From contig JBHGNT010000001.1 in NCBI GenBank assembly GCA_043228905.1, forward strand, positions 1,674,001 to 1,738,000: a DNA stretch of 64,000 nt, written 5' to 3'. Shown here in pieces: positions 20,888 to 32,600 of this stretch. Made by a program: the position numbers and the translations under genes. The notes under the pieces were generated by a model. The model did not search any database and was not told the origin of the DNA. It saw nothing but the letters and a program-made list of their open reading frames with translations. Within the stretch, counting starts at the first letter, position 1; each line of letters starts with the position of its first letter. Source of the DNA: Azolla caroliniana (taxonomy: Eukaryota; Plantae; Polypodiophyta).

Positions 20888-23233
20888 ATGGCTGTTAATG
20901 TAGCTCACAGATATGGACATAGGTCACAGATATGGCTTAACAGATGGCCTTACCCTAACCCTGTCAACGAGGGAGAAGATGTAAGAATCACGCTGCAGAG
21001 AAAACAACATTTGGATTCTGGTAGCTTCCACGTGATCGCTAAAAAAGAAGAGGAAGAGGCACAGCATCCTGATGATCGAGCTTGTATTACCTCTCTTGTC
21101 GATAGAAAAACTACATCCCAAGCTCTATCCAAGTCCTGCAGAAAGGAGGTAAGTGTATGCATCGAAGATGCCATTTCAAGGTTTGATCGTGAAGAAATAA
21201 GTAAGCCTTCTTGTTCTGTTTCTGATTTCATTCATCTATTGCAACAATGTAGAAGAAGCAAAAGTTCTGACTATGCACACCGTGTATATATAACTGCTCA
21301 GAAGGGGGGTTTTCTATCCCATAGAGATGTGGGGAACTATATTGTGCCTATGTTGATAGAATGTGGAAATGTAGTCGATGCGAAAAATGTGTTCGTGAAC
21401 ATGCCTTACAGAAATGTACATTCTTGGACCTCATTGATATCATCTTATATTGAATTAGGCCAACATGAGTATGCTTTCAATTTGTACCACAAGATGCAAG
21501 ACAGCGATAACGTTTACCCTAATAGTTACACGCTCGTGGCTTTATTAAAGGCATGTTATGGAGTAGAAGATGTGGTGCTGACACATATTGAGGTCACTGA
21601 AAAAGGATTTGAAAAAGATCTCTTTGTTGGCACCTCGTTGATTGATGTATATGCAAAATTTGGTTCTTTGCCAGATGCTCACGCCATGTTTCTTAAACTT
21701 CCAGCTCGAAATATTGTCTCTTGGACGGCTTTGATATCGGGGTATGCTGAACATGGACCCAATTTAGAAGCATTGAAATGCTTTGAAGACATGATATCAC
21801 ATGGGATTTCTCCAAATGCTGTGACATATATATGTGTCTTGAAAGCTTGTGGAAACTCTAGATCTCTCTGCCATGGCCGAAATATGCAAATGGAAATTGT
21901 CCAGAAAGGCCTGGAAGGAGACTATGTTATTGGAAGCACCTTAGTGGACATGTACGTGAAATGTGGATCGATGGTAGAGGCTCGCAGAACTTTCGATAAG
22001 CTTATGGTTCGAGATATTGTGTCATGGAATGGATTGATTTCGGGTTATGTGGAGCATGGTCCTGATCAAGAAGCATTGAAATGCCTTGAACAAATGCAAT
22101 CAGAAGGAACATTGCTAGATGATGTTACATTTGTTTATACCTTGAAAGCTTGTGGGAATATGGGTGCCATAGATAATGGCTGGAACCTCCATTTTGATGT
22201 TATATGTAAGGGTCTAGAAAATGACTCCTTTATTGGAAGCACTCTAGTCGATATGTATGCCAAATGTGGCCTCGTTTCAGATGCTAAAAAAGTCTTTGAA
22301 AATATCTCAGTTCGTGATATTGTATCATGGAATGCAATCATAAAAGGATGTGGCATGAACCATGATGGAAAGAATGCTATCCGTTATTTCGAAGACATGC
22401 AAGAAAGAGATGTAAAGCCAGATGGTGTTACATTTACATGTGTTTTAACTGCATGTAGTCATGCAAGCTTAGCCCTTAAAGGACGTGATATGTTTGATGC
22501 AATGACAAATGTATATCATATTGTTCCAACAATGGATCATTACAATTGTATGGTGGATATACTCTCACGAACAGGGAAAATTTATGAGGCAATTAGGTTC
22601 ATCAAATCTATGCCATGTTCACCTTCGAGTGATATGTGGACAGCATTGTTGAATGCCTGCAAAAGCTATGCTGAGATAGAATTAGGATTTAAATGCTTTC
22701 AAGAGCTCCTAAGAATGGATTCAGAATGGGCGGTTCCTTATGTCCTCATGACTAATATCTATACAAATGCCGGGAAGTTCGAGGATGCGCGTAGAATCGA
22801 GGAGATGAGGAAACGAGCAGGGGCTAAAAAGAAACCAGCATGTGCTTTAATAGAAGTAAATAAAGAAGTTCATGAGTTTGTTGTGGGCGAGAACCAAAAT
22901 AAAGACATATCAGCAATGCTCGAGAATCTCAACTCTCGTTTAGAGAAGGAAGGATGTATTCCTAATCTAGACTTGGTTTTAGGTCTACTTTCAGATGATG
23001 CTAAAGAATCTGCATTGTGTGATCATGCTGAAAAACTGGCAATTGCGTTTGGGCTCCTAAACACACCATCTGGTCATACTTTACGAGTCACGAAGAATAT
23101 GAGGATGTGTACTGATTGCCATAGTAGAGCAAAGGCCATATCAAAGATGGAGAGGCGGGAGATAATTGTGAGGGAGATATATCAAGTGCATCGTTTCAAG
23201 GACGGTTTTTGTTCGTGTGGGGATAAATGTTGA
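20888..23233 (+). CDS. PLS-class PPR protein with E1-E2 and a DYW:KP (KPAxA) deaminase-like domain; candidate organellar U-to-C RNA editing factor
   Basis: 781-aa intronless ORF; P-L-S triplets; KKKPACALIEV, CDHAEKLAIAFGL, KNMRMCTDCH, HRFKDGFCSCGDKC. Confidence 0.95.
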   Translation: MAVNVAHRYGHRSQIWLNRWPYPNPVNEGEDVRITLQRKQHLDSGSFHVIAKKEEEEAQHPDDRACITSLVDRKTTSQALSKSCRKEVSVCIEDAISRFDREEISKPSCSVSDFIHLLQQCRRSKSSDYAHRVYITAQKGGFLSHRDVGNYIVPMLIECGNVVDAKNVFVNMPYRNVHSWTSLISSYIELGQHEYAFNLYHKMQDSDNVYPNSYTLVALLKACYGVEDVVLTHIEVTEKGFEKDLFVGTSLIDVYAKFGSLPDAHAMFLKLPARNIVSWTALISGYAEHGPNLEALKCFEDMISHGISPNAVTYICVLKACGNSRSLCHGRNMQMEIVQKGLEGDYVIGSTLVDMYVKCGSMVEARRTFDKLMVRDIVSWNGLISGYVEHGPDQEALKCLEQMQSEGTLLDDVTFVYTLKACGNMGAIDNGWNLHFDVICKGLENDSFIGSTLVDMYAKCGLVSDAKKVFENISVRDIVSWNAIIKGCGMNHDGKNAIRYFEDMQERDVKPDGVTFTCVLTACSHASLALKGRDMFDAMTNVYHIVPTMDHYNCMVDILSRTGKIYEAIRFIKSMPCSPSSDMWTALLNACKSYAEIELGFKCFQELLRMDSEWAVPYVLMTNIYTNAGKFEDARRIEEMRKRAGAKKKPACALIEVNKEVHEFVVGENQNKDISAMLENLNSRLEKEGCIPNLDLVLGLLSDDAKESALCDHAEKLAIAFGLLNTPSGHTLRVTKNMRMCTDCHSRAKAISKMERREIIVREIYQVHRFKDGFCSCGDKC

Positions 23234-25018
23234 GATAACTCTCCAACACAACCTTAAGCTTGGGCTCAAAATATGTCATCTTGACTTGTAGATTATGCTC
23301 TCAAAGCCAGTTGAGATGAAAAAACTTGTGCTCAAAAGTTTTATTGTATGGACACATTACAGTTGATGTATAAAGTCGAAGGCAACATAAAAAAGCCATT
23401 CAAATTAAAAAACAAGTCTGCCAATGGTTGTTGGCACTACCAGTTTTGTCATTCCTTGGCCAACATCTAAGATGGCTTGACCAAGTATTAATTATCAATC
23501 TTCAAAGAAAGGATAATTAGAAAAAAATAAAGGTATGTATTTATACGTTCTTCAAATTGTGAAGGCCTACCTCATGTTACCAAACGAAAAAGAGGATACC
23601 ATTTATTGCTAGGGTGGAATTTAATGGATGGTTATTGGGAAATATTAGAGTCTGAACAATGATGCTGACACAAACAGAAATTAATTCTACAATCTTTTTA
23701 CGAAAAAGAAAAAAACGATAATTTGTGCACATGTTTTTGAATCACAGAAGAAACATAAGAGGTGTGTTTTGCATTAGGTTGAACTGTATATATGGTCACA
23801 TAAAAGAGAAAACAATGAATTGAAAGGAGTAAAATGGAAAGGGAATCAATTGACAGTAAAAATGAGAAAACAAATGATGTAAAATACAGCATTTGGCCAC
23901 AAGGCTTAAATAACCAAAACATTATTTCATTGATCTGAACTGGTAAACATTGTGTGAATTCTATCCATCTTATGAGCAGTGTGATTGCAGCCATTCCTTT
24001 ATTAAAGTTTCATGTGTAGCAAAAAAGGTAATGATTTTCTGTAGTGCTTTTCATAAGTGACACCAACCCTTCACAAATTTGTGAACTTCTTTCATAAACC
24101 TTAGAACAATTCCTGAGAAATCTTTCTTAGAGTTTATGTGATCCATGGCAGTTATTCAAGACATCCTCTATGGATTTGGGATTAGTATGAAATGCAAATC
24201 CTTGCATGTGATCTATCTACATAGTAGCCCTTTATGATATGCTTTCCTCAATGCCTTTTCTTTAAATACCATTAATACGATAGAGATGATCCTTGTACAA
24301 CGCATCATACATTATACCACAACAGCAAGAGTCAATAACAATGCCATTTGGTTAGACAACATTGGAGGCCAACTCCATTGCCGGTCAACAAGGCACATAT
24401 ATATGTATGCAGTAAGTCCAAAAACATTTAGATTCAATTGTATTGTTGCATTGCCAAATTCCATTCTCAATGTTTTTGGCAAACATTGCATAGTTGAGGC
24501 ATCCTAACATTGTTATACTTAATACATCTAACTATTAAATCCATTATTCTCAAGCTTGTTTGCAGTATGCAACACATCCGGAAACTAGTATATTGGCTAC
24601 ATATATCATATCAATTGTTATATTCAATACATCTACCAATGTATCATAAATCCAGTCCAATTCAAGTTTTGTAAAAGTGAGAGGAATTTGGTTCCCATGA
24701 ATGCCACCTTTTATACGCTGAACCCCAAATAATGTCATACCTAGCTCCTAGTATAGTGTAGATCCAAACATTTTAAGGGGGGTCACAAATGTTGAATGAC
24801 ATGTATCCCGTATATTACACTTTAATTAGATTGGACATATCATATATATCTCACATATCAACATTGTACTACACATTAGTTAGTCTAGATTAGACTACAC
24901 ATGTATTAATCTAGATATGAATTCTGGTATCACTGTAGTGCTTTTCACATACAATCACATATAATTGTGCGTTTTCATAAAAAATAAAAATGTATCAGAA
25001 CAGGAAACTCACTGAGGA

Positions 25019-27904
25019 ATGTTTCATGGTTACTGTGAACGAAAGGTGTTGTTCAGTCTCAAACACAAAGCTTTAAGGTTCCATATCCCTTTTGTTTCTT
25101 TTGTTTCATCTCTTCTACCCCCAGGAGAAGATAATATAATAAGCTCGATAAATAAAACCATCTCTGTCCTATCATCGATAGAAAACCACATTCATCGCTT
25201 ACAAATTTGCAAAGAGAAAAAAGACCCATCACATGTTAGGCATGTGTATTCACTTGTATGCAATGATGGGCTAGATTCACAGCATGCAATTGGTGGCGAC
25301 CTAGTGTTGGCCTTCGTGTTGTCAGGTAACGTGGTGGATGCCCACCGTCTTTACAAAAAACTGTGTATTCAAAATGTCCGCCTTTGTACATCCCTTATGT
25401 GGGGTTATCTGTGGTTTGGTGAAAAACGTATGGTTTTTTGCCTTTACGAGGAAATGATGCATCAAGAAGGTATCATGACCCCCAACACATATACTTTTGT
25501 AGCCCTTCTGAGTGCTTGCAACGACCTTCAAGATGCAGAAAATGGTAGAATGATTCATGGTCACATTGTACAAATGGGTTATGATGGACATCCTTTTGTT
25601 GGTAGTATGTTGCTTGACATGTATGCAAACCTGGGTTTACTTTGTGAAGGATTGCAAGTTTTCTACAGGATGTCAATCCGAGATGTTGTAGCATGGAGTA
25701 CCCTTATTGCCGGATATGCCAAAGAGGGTCTTCTAAGTGATGTGATGATCTTTTTTAACCGTATGCAATTGGAAAATATCTCACCTAATGTGGTCACTTT
25801 CCTTGCCACTTTGAAAGCATGCAATAATGCGAGGAATATAGACAAAAGCCGAGAATTCCATAATGAGATTGTACAACGGGGTTTTGAAACCGAGATTGCA
25901 ATCGGTAATAATCTGGTAGATATGTATTCCAAAAATGGCTCAATTGATGAAGCAAAAAAGGTTTTCAATTCATTAATAGTTAAAAATGATGTGGCATGGA
26001 GTGCATTGATTGGAGGATATGCTGAAGCTGGTTTAGATCTTGAATCCATGAGTTGTTTTTATGAGATGCATAACGAAGGCATTTGTATCAATATGCATGG
26101 GTTTTCTTGCACATTAAAGGCTTGTGGAAACCTCGAGGCAAGAAATAAGGGCCAAGAAATACATATGTCAATCACAAAAGTAGGATTTGATGAAGAACTG
26201 TATGTAGGAAATGCTCTAGTTGACATGTATGCGAAATGTGGTTGGATTTTTGAGGCAGAAAGAGTCTTTGATAAACTTGCATATCGTGATGTAGTATCGT
26301 GGAATGCTCTAATGACCGGATATTCAGAATATGGACTTCTAGGGAACCTATTAGACTGCTTTCAGAAAATGAAAGCAGAACAGGTTACTGGAGATCCGAT
26401 CACATTTGCCTGCACTCTAAAATGTTGCGGTAACATGGGATCTCTACAAAATGCTAGAGAGATTCATGTAGAAGTTATGTATAAAGCGTTTGATGGAGTT
26501 ATGCTAGTTATTGGTGCATTAGTTGATGTGTATGCAAAGTGCGGCTCACTAGCTGATGCACAAAAAATATTTGACAGTTTACCAACTCAAAGCATAGTAT
26601 TGTGGAATAGTCTAATAGCTGGATATGCCAATCAAGGCCATGTAACGGTAGTGCTTGAAAGCTTATGCCAAATGCAAGCACAACGTGTCATGCCAAACCA
26701 CTCCACATATGTATATGTGGTAAAAGCTTGTAGCAACATAGGATCCGTAGATCGAGGGCGAGCAATACACATTCAAATTGAGCTGCTTGGATTGCAGAAA
26801 GATGATCATCTTTGCGTCATGCTAGTGGAGATGTATGCAAAATCAGGTCTTCTTGAGGAAGCATTAGAAGTATTTAACAATATTGAAAATAGAAAAGATG
26901 TGTTATCTTGGAATGTTCTTATTGACGGATATGCTGAACATGGACCAAATCAATCTGTTATTGATTGTGTGAAACACATGCAACAAGACGGTGTTGTTCC
27001 AGATATGTTCACATTTTCTTGCATTATCAAAGCATGCAGTAACCTGGGTTTAGTGGATATGGGCAAAGACTTCTATATAGAAATCATATGTAAGGGGTTT
27101 GAAACTGATATTGTCATAGGAACCACATTGATGGATATGTATAGGAAATATGACTTGCTAGCTGAAACTGAAGAAGTCTTCAAAAAATTGCCAAAAGACA
27201 ATGTCATAACATGGAATACTGCCATTTTAGGCTATGCGGAATGTGGATATGGGGAAATGGCTTGGTATAGTTTTGAAGATATGGGGAAGAATTGTGTCTC
27301 AGGTGATGCAACCTCTTATGTAGGTATTCTCAAAGCGTGTATTATTATGGCAGCTGTAGAGAAGGGAAAACTAATACATGAGGATATTGTAGTGAAGGGA
27401 CTGGAAGGGAATATTTTTGTTGGAAGTGCTTTGATTGCCATGTATTCAAAATGTGGGAAGCTTCCTGAAGGTCGGGCGGTTTTTGAGAAGTTTCCCTCCC
27501 GAAATGTTGTAATGTGGAATTCAATGGTGAAAGGCTATTGTTTGAACCATCAGTGTGAAATGGCCATGAAACTTTTCCAAGCCATGCAAGATCAGGGTGT
27601 CCAACCTGATGCTACCACATTCACATGTTTAATCACGGCTTGTGGTCGAATGAGCCTTGTGGACAAGGGCCGGGTTTTTTTCAATCATATGGGAGAAATC
27701 TATGGCATTAATCCAAATGTAGATCACTTTAGTTGCATGGTTGATCTTTTGGGTCGATCAGGAAATTTATCTGAGGCAGAAAAATTACTGCAAACTATGC
27801 CATGTTATCCAGCTAGGGATGCTCAGCGAGCTTTGCTTACAGCTTGCAAAACATTCAAATCATCCAAAATGGGAGAAAGATGCCATGAGCAACTTGTATA
27901 TTAA
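25019..27904 (+). CDS. PLS-class PPR protein (961 aa) ending in E1, no DYW domain
   Basis: Many P-L-S triplets (e.g. VGNALVDMYAKCG, DVVSWNALMTGY), P2-L2-S2 (DHFSCMVDLLGRSG), stops after RALLTACK; plausible N-terminal organelle transit peptide. Confidence 0.93.
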   Translation: MFHGYCERKVLFSLKHKALRFHIPFVSFVSSLLPPGEDNIISSINKTISVLSSIENHIHRLQICKEKKDPSHVRHVYSLVCNDGLDSQHAIGGDLVLAFVLSGNVVDAHRLYKKLCIQNVRLCTSLMWGYLWFGEKRMVFCLYEEMMHQEGIMTPNTYTFVALLSACNDLQDAENGRMIHGHIVQMGYDGHPFVGSMLLDMYANLGLLCEGLQVFYRMSIRDVVAWSTLIAGYAKEGLLSDVMIFFNRMQLENISPNVVTFLATLKACNNARNIDKSREFHNEIVQRGFETEIAIGNNLVDMYSKNGSIDEAKKVFNSLIVKNDVAWSALIGGYAEAGLDLESMSCFYEMHNEGICINMHGFSCTLKACGNLEARNKGQEIHMSITKVGFDEELYVGNALVDMYAKCGWIFEAERVFDKLAYRDVVSWNALMTGYSEYGLLGNLLDCFQKMKAEQVTGDPITFACTLKCCGNMGSLQNAREIHVEVMYKAFDGVMLVIGALVDVYAKCGSLADAQKIFDSLPTQSIVLWNSLIAGYANQGHVTVVLESLCQMQAQRVMPNHSTYVYVVKACSNIGSVDRGRAIHIQIELLGLQKDDHLCVMLVEMYAKSGLLEEALEVFNNIENRKDVLSWNVLIDGYAEHGPNQSVIDCVKHMQQDGVVPDMFTFSCIIKACSNLGLVDMGKDFYIEIICKGFETDIVIGTTLMDMYRKYDLLAETEEVFKKLPKDNVITWNTAILGYAECGYGEMAWYSFEDMGKNCVSGDATSYVGILKACIIMAAVEKGKLIHEDIVVKGLEGNIFVGSALIAMYSKCGKLPEGRAVFEKFPSRNVVMWNSMVKGYCLNHQCEMAMKLFQAMQDQGVQPDATTFTCLITACGRMSLVDKGRVFFNHMGEIYGINPNVDHFSCMVDLLGRSGNLSEAEKLLQTMPCYPARDAQRALLTACKTFKSSKMGERCHEQLVY

Positions 27905-28268
27905 AAAGCATCTTTTGCTCATATGAGGACGAAATATTGTGAAACATGAGATATAAATTGTACTATATTCTTCCTTAAGAATTGGTTTAACTGGTCACAA
28001 TAAAGCTTGTGTTTGCTTTGCCCCCTAAATTAAGCCGTGGGTCCAAAGCTGTCTTGTTTTATGTTTGGATTATGATGGGCATTGCATTTTGTCCTTACTA
28101 ATAAGATCAAGATATTGAGGACTGTGAATGTACCAATTTACCATCATTAATATAGTGCAGTCAAGTGCAACAGGCAAAGTTAAGAAGTGGATGGTGATAG
28201 AAATATTTAAATCAAATTACAAAATGTGAGAAACATGAATTAAATCACATGGAACTCATTTGGTGATG

Positions 28269-28349
28269 CATGTATCTACTTCAGGAACAAATCTAACATT
28301 ATTTGGATACCTGGACTCAATGTTCAATTTGTTCCTGAAGTAGAACATG
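28269..28349. other. Near-perfect hairpin (~31-bp stem, 18-nt loop)
   Basis: CATGTATCTACTTCAGGAACAAATCTAACATT pairs with AATGTTCAATTTGTTCCTGAAGTAGAACATG. Confidence 0.8.
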
Positions 28350-29637
28350 ATTAGATGATGCATTACAACCTCTGGGTTACCTCAGAATCAGAGAGGATGT
28401 TAAGCTTCACCTAGTGCCTTGTTACTAAATTTAGTGACTCAAGGGAGCACTAATAGGGCTATTTATACACCTGATTGGAACATTAACTTATAACATCGCA
28501 TGGTTACAATGAAATCCTTCGGTTGTTGAAAGGAAAAGGACATTAACTGAACAAGTTCTCAGAAATAAGTAAGGTTAGACGTCAGAAATAACAACATTGA
28601 TGACTCTTATGGAATAGTTATGACATTTCTATACATTTTTTCATATTGATGGTTATTGAGGATGCCCTTTAAAGAAACTTCCAGATAAGTTGAGCTCTGG
28701 ACTACAATTTCTTGAGCTATAGTCTCAGAGTCTCAAGGAAACATGTTTTATGGTCATAAGACACATTCATGAAAGAACAGAGAATCGCCAAAGTAAGATT
28801 ACCACCCTACTCTGTAATGCTTTACACAAATATCACATTAATAGACTACAATGAAAATTTTCACACTTTAAAGCTGGCATTCTCAAAATAAAGACTTCAC
28901 TTTAGGTTCTGACAGTGTTGCAAATTGTGCGATGTTATATTGCAGCCACCATGCTCATCCATTCCCAAGGAATCCCATTTCATGGCCTCAAAAATGCCAT
29001 AAGTAGGCAAAGGGGTTACAAGTTACCAATTTTTCATTTATCACATTTTGTTTCCATATGAAGCCAATCAAATTAGGATTGAAACAGCATTATTAAATAT
29101 GTATTTTTCGTAAACCAATATAAAGAGTGGAAATCTGAGAATTGTTTTGTCCAAGTGAAATCAAGTTATCTACGTCAGAAACTTTGCAAATGACAGCATT
29201 GCTAGCTAGTCTTCAATGGAAGTTCAGTATAGACATGTATGGTTGATGTTTCACTCATTCTTCACTGCATGAGCTCAATGGATGCTACAAAATAGCTTTC
29301 TCTCACAGCATTTGCCACACTCAACATTAACATATGGTCAACCTATATGCAAAAGAGTGCCTTTTGTCAACCCATTTCAGATCTGCAGTCAAAGAGAAAG
29401 CTTTGGTTTTACGGCCTTGCCAATACCTTCTATGTTGCCGTCTTTTTTCCTTCTTTTTTCAGATATGTATATAAAAGTCAAATTCTGCAACCATATGCAA
29501 AAAATCAACATACATTCAAATCTAGAAATTGAGGGCCATAGGAATGAAGACTCACCTATGTTTTGATACTTCATTGAATCCATCCTTATGAGCAGAATGA
29601 AAAAAATAGCGAGCATTTCCTTCACAAGTTTTTACTT

Positions 29638-32600
29638 TTACAAACCCACAGCAACCTCTAAATCTGTTGCTTCTTTCAGTTTTTCTAGGCCTGAAATGCC
29701 AGAGAGAATATTTTTACATTAGACTGCAGATTAGATAGGAAGAATCTAGTGAATTAAATGGCACTTAAAAAAAGCTGTATATGTGACCCATGTCTTGATG
29801 GCAAAAAGGTGAATGGGCATGTGTATGTATCATATGTTTCTAATTACACTTTCAATTCACCTCAGAACTGGTAAATTTTCTATGGAAATGATTAGTCATT
29901 ATAACCATTCACATAATGATATCTATGAATGCAATTAGGGCATATATAGGCCTATCAGTTCATGGACAATTCTTGGATTTCAATTTTATGGAGAGCATCT
30001 TTGGAATCCTCCTCTTAGTTAATATTTTATGTATGATTCATTAATCAAATCAGTGGTATGATTGTAGCACTTTTTTTGCAAGAAAACCTTAATGTGCAAT
30101 TAAAGAAATTTCATTTAGAGGTGGTGATATGCAGGCATCGGAGGTGGATCAGGACACAGCTCTCACAAACGTACACTTATCAAGAAAGAGAAGTAGCTGA
30201 TTATACTTCACATGTCATGCATGAACCAAACGCCCCTGGATACCGGGCTTCAAGGTCACTCGTTATCATTCAGTAGATATTAAGAAGATAAGGGAACTTG
30301 AGTTACCCTGCCTAGAAGCTATGGTCAGAATACTGTTTACATCGAGACCAGGGGTTAAACAAATGACCTCTATATCTATCTTCAAACAAGAGAACATCTA
30401 CATGCATTTTATAGGCACTGTCTTATTTCTCTTTCAGCATTCAAGAGACTGTTTGGTTCAACCTTGTCTTTTATTCTTACACAGGCAAATACAAAGACGG
30501 TACTAAACAGAATATCCTACAGGCTAAACGAAAGACAGTATTAAACATAAATACAAAAAAAACACAATCTGACCTTCAAGATACAAAGGATATAGTTCTT
30601 CTATTGTTGAAGCAGGAAATTTGAACCTCTTACACTTACTATTCTCCACTTTCAATAACATTTCCTTGAAATGTCTGACCTATTAAAAACAAAACAAAAC
30701 AAAAACAAAATAAAACAAAATTCTATTTCTTGAAGACACGGTAACTGTGTGTTTCTAGCACTACCTCCTCTTTGCGAAGCAATGTATACGAAGATCCTGA
30801 TTTTCCAGCACGAGCAGTTCGGCCAACACGATGAACATATGTCTTTGCATAAACTGGCACATCATAATTAATGACATTCATGATGCCTTCTACGTCCATG
30901 CCACGAGTCATAGCATCAGATGCCACAAGCACCGGGACATCTCCTCTCCTAAAAGCTTCCAAGGCCTTACTGTATTGAAGTAAAAATCAGGTTTAACATA
31001 TACAAAACAGAGTACATAGAAACAACAATAGATTTAGAATAGCTTCCACATACATCTTTTCTTTTCTATATAAACAGTGCTGGAAATGAATTGAAAATAA
31101 AGGCAATGAGAATCGGCATTTGCATTAATTCTATCATATTCCTTATCAATGTGACTGAAACAAAGCATTATATCCACAACCTTCAAAGGGGAAACAAAAA
31201 TACAAGATATATAGCTGCCGAAACACCAAAGGAAACTCTACAAGCTGAGCTCTAGGAACGAGTAAAATGAAGTAAAAAAAGTCCTCAACACAAGGTTTTT
31301 ATTACCTTTCAAAATTATAAATATGAGATATTTATATGAGGGACTGAGGCTAACGGATGCTTTGCACGAATGACTCTTTACAAACTTGACTTTCGCATCC
31401 AGCAAACCAATTGGAATGTAGAAGATAATCCAAGAGTTCTTTTATCATTGGACAGAAAAAAATGAAAGATGCATGCATTGATGTCTACTGAAGCAAAAAT
31501 AAGATGAGATGAAAGGAGTTTTCACAAATGTTCAAAAATGATTTCTAATCATAGCAAGATAGTTAGATAAATACTGGACAGAGAAATAAACATATTGGAA
31601 AATCCATGATCCCAATTAGTAAGACCAATAAATATTCATAGTATTTGTCTAGATTCTGTCCAAGTAGTTCAAAGAATGGATAGTTCAAATATAATTGGTT
31701 GTGAATGCATTGGAATATTCCATAATATAATATATTCTATAATGTGAAATATATACAAAAATAGGGTATACCTTCTATCATGTTGATGTTGCAAACTGGA
31801 ATATTCAACAACCTTCAAAGAGAGACTCTCAAAACAGTTTAAAAGCAAAAACAAGCGGTGGGTTGAAACAATGGATGCAGTGAAGACAATGGTCTTCTCA
31901 TTCTTCAAAAGTTGTAGAAGTGCTATCAGCTGCAATGGCTTTATATTAGAATCAGTCACCTACAAGAAAACATGTAAAAATTCCATCAACACTATCTACT
32001 ACAGAGTTTGTATTCATCTAAGATAGTAGGTTTCTTTCTAAATTCTTGCTGATGCATTTGCTAATGCAAAAGGAAATTACGTCCTTGGTAGTGAAATCCA
32101 AGTCAAACTAAATACTGGATAGCATTATATATCTAAAGATGTCCACTTCATTTGATTGATCTCAACTTGGCCTATTTGATCTTCAAGATGATTTATTCAA
32201 GAAGAAGAACCGGCACAAGGAAAATAATACATGAACAGTATTGAGTGTTAAAACTAATTTTGAAAGAGATAGAGGATATGTTAAAGGTTTTTAAAAAGCC
32301 ATAATGGACTATGAGACATAACAAAGATGAATAGTAATACCAATTTATATGACTGCAACTGTGATGGTAATTGATAGCGTTTATCTTCAGCAGAACCAGA
32401 TATAAACATCGGATAACACAACTTGATTTGTGATATTTTGGCTGGATCCCTGGTTAACGTTGCTGATAAAACCATCTTCATGGCACGATGATGATTAGCC
32501 CCGTTGAAACCCCTTTCGATTCCCCTATAGGTATGGAATATGTTCATCAATGAAAGTCTGCATTCATAATTTTGATCACTGTACCATATCATATCCTATG

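Noticed and set aside
24000-24750. Coding-like stretch between the PPR genes
   Set aside because: Probably a decayed transposon fragment, but no motif could be identified with confidence
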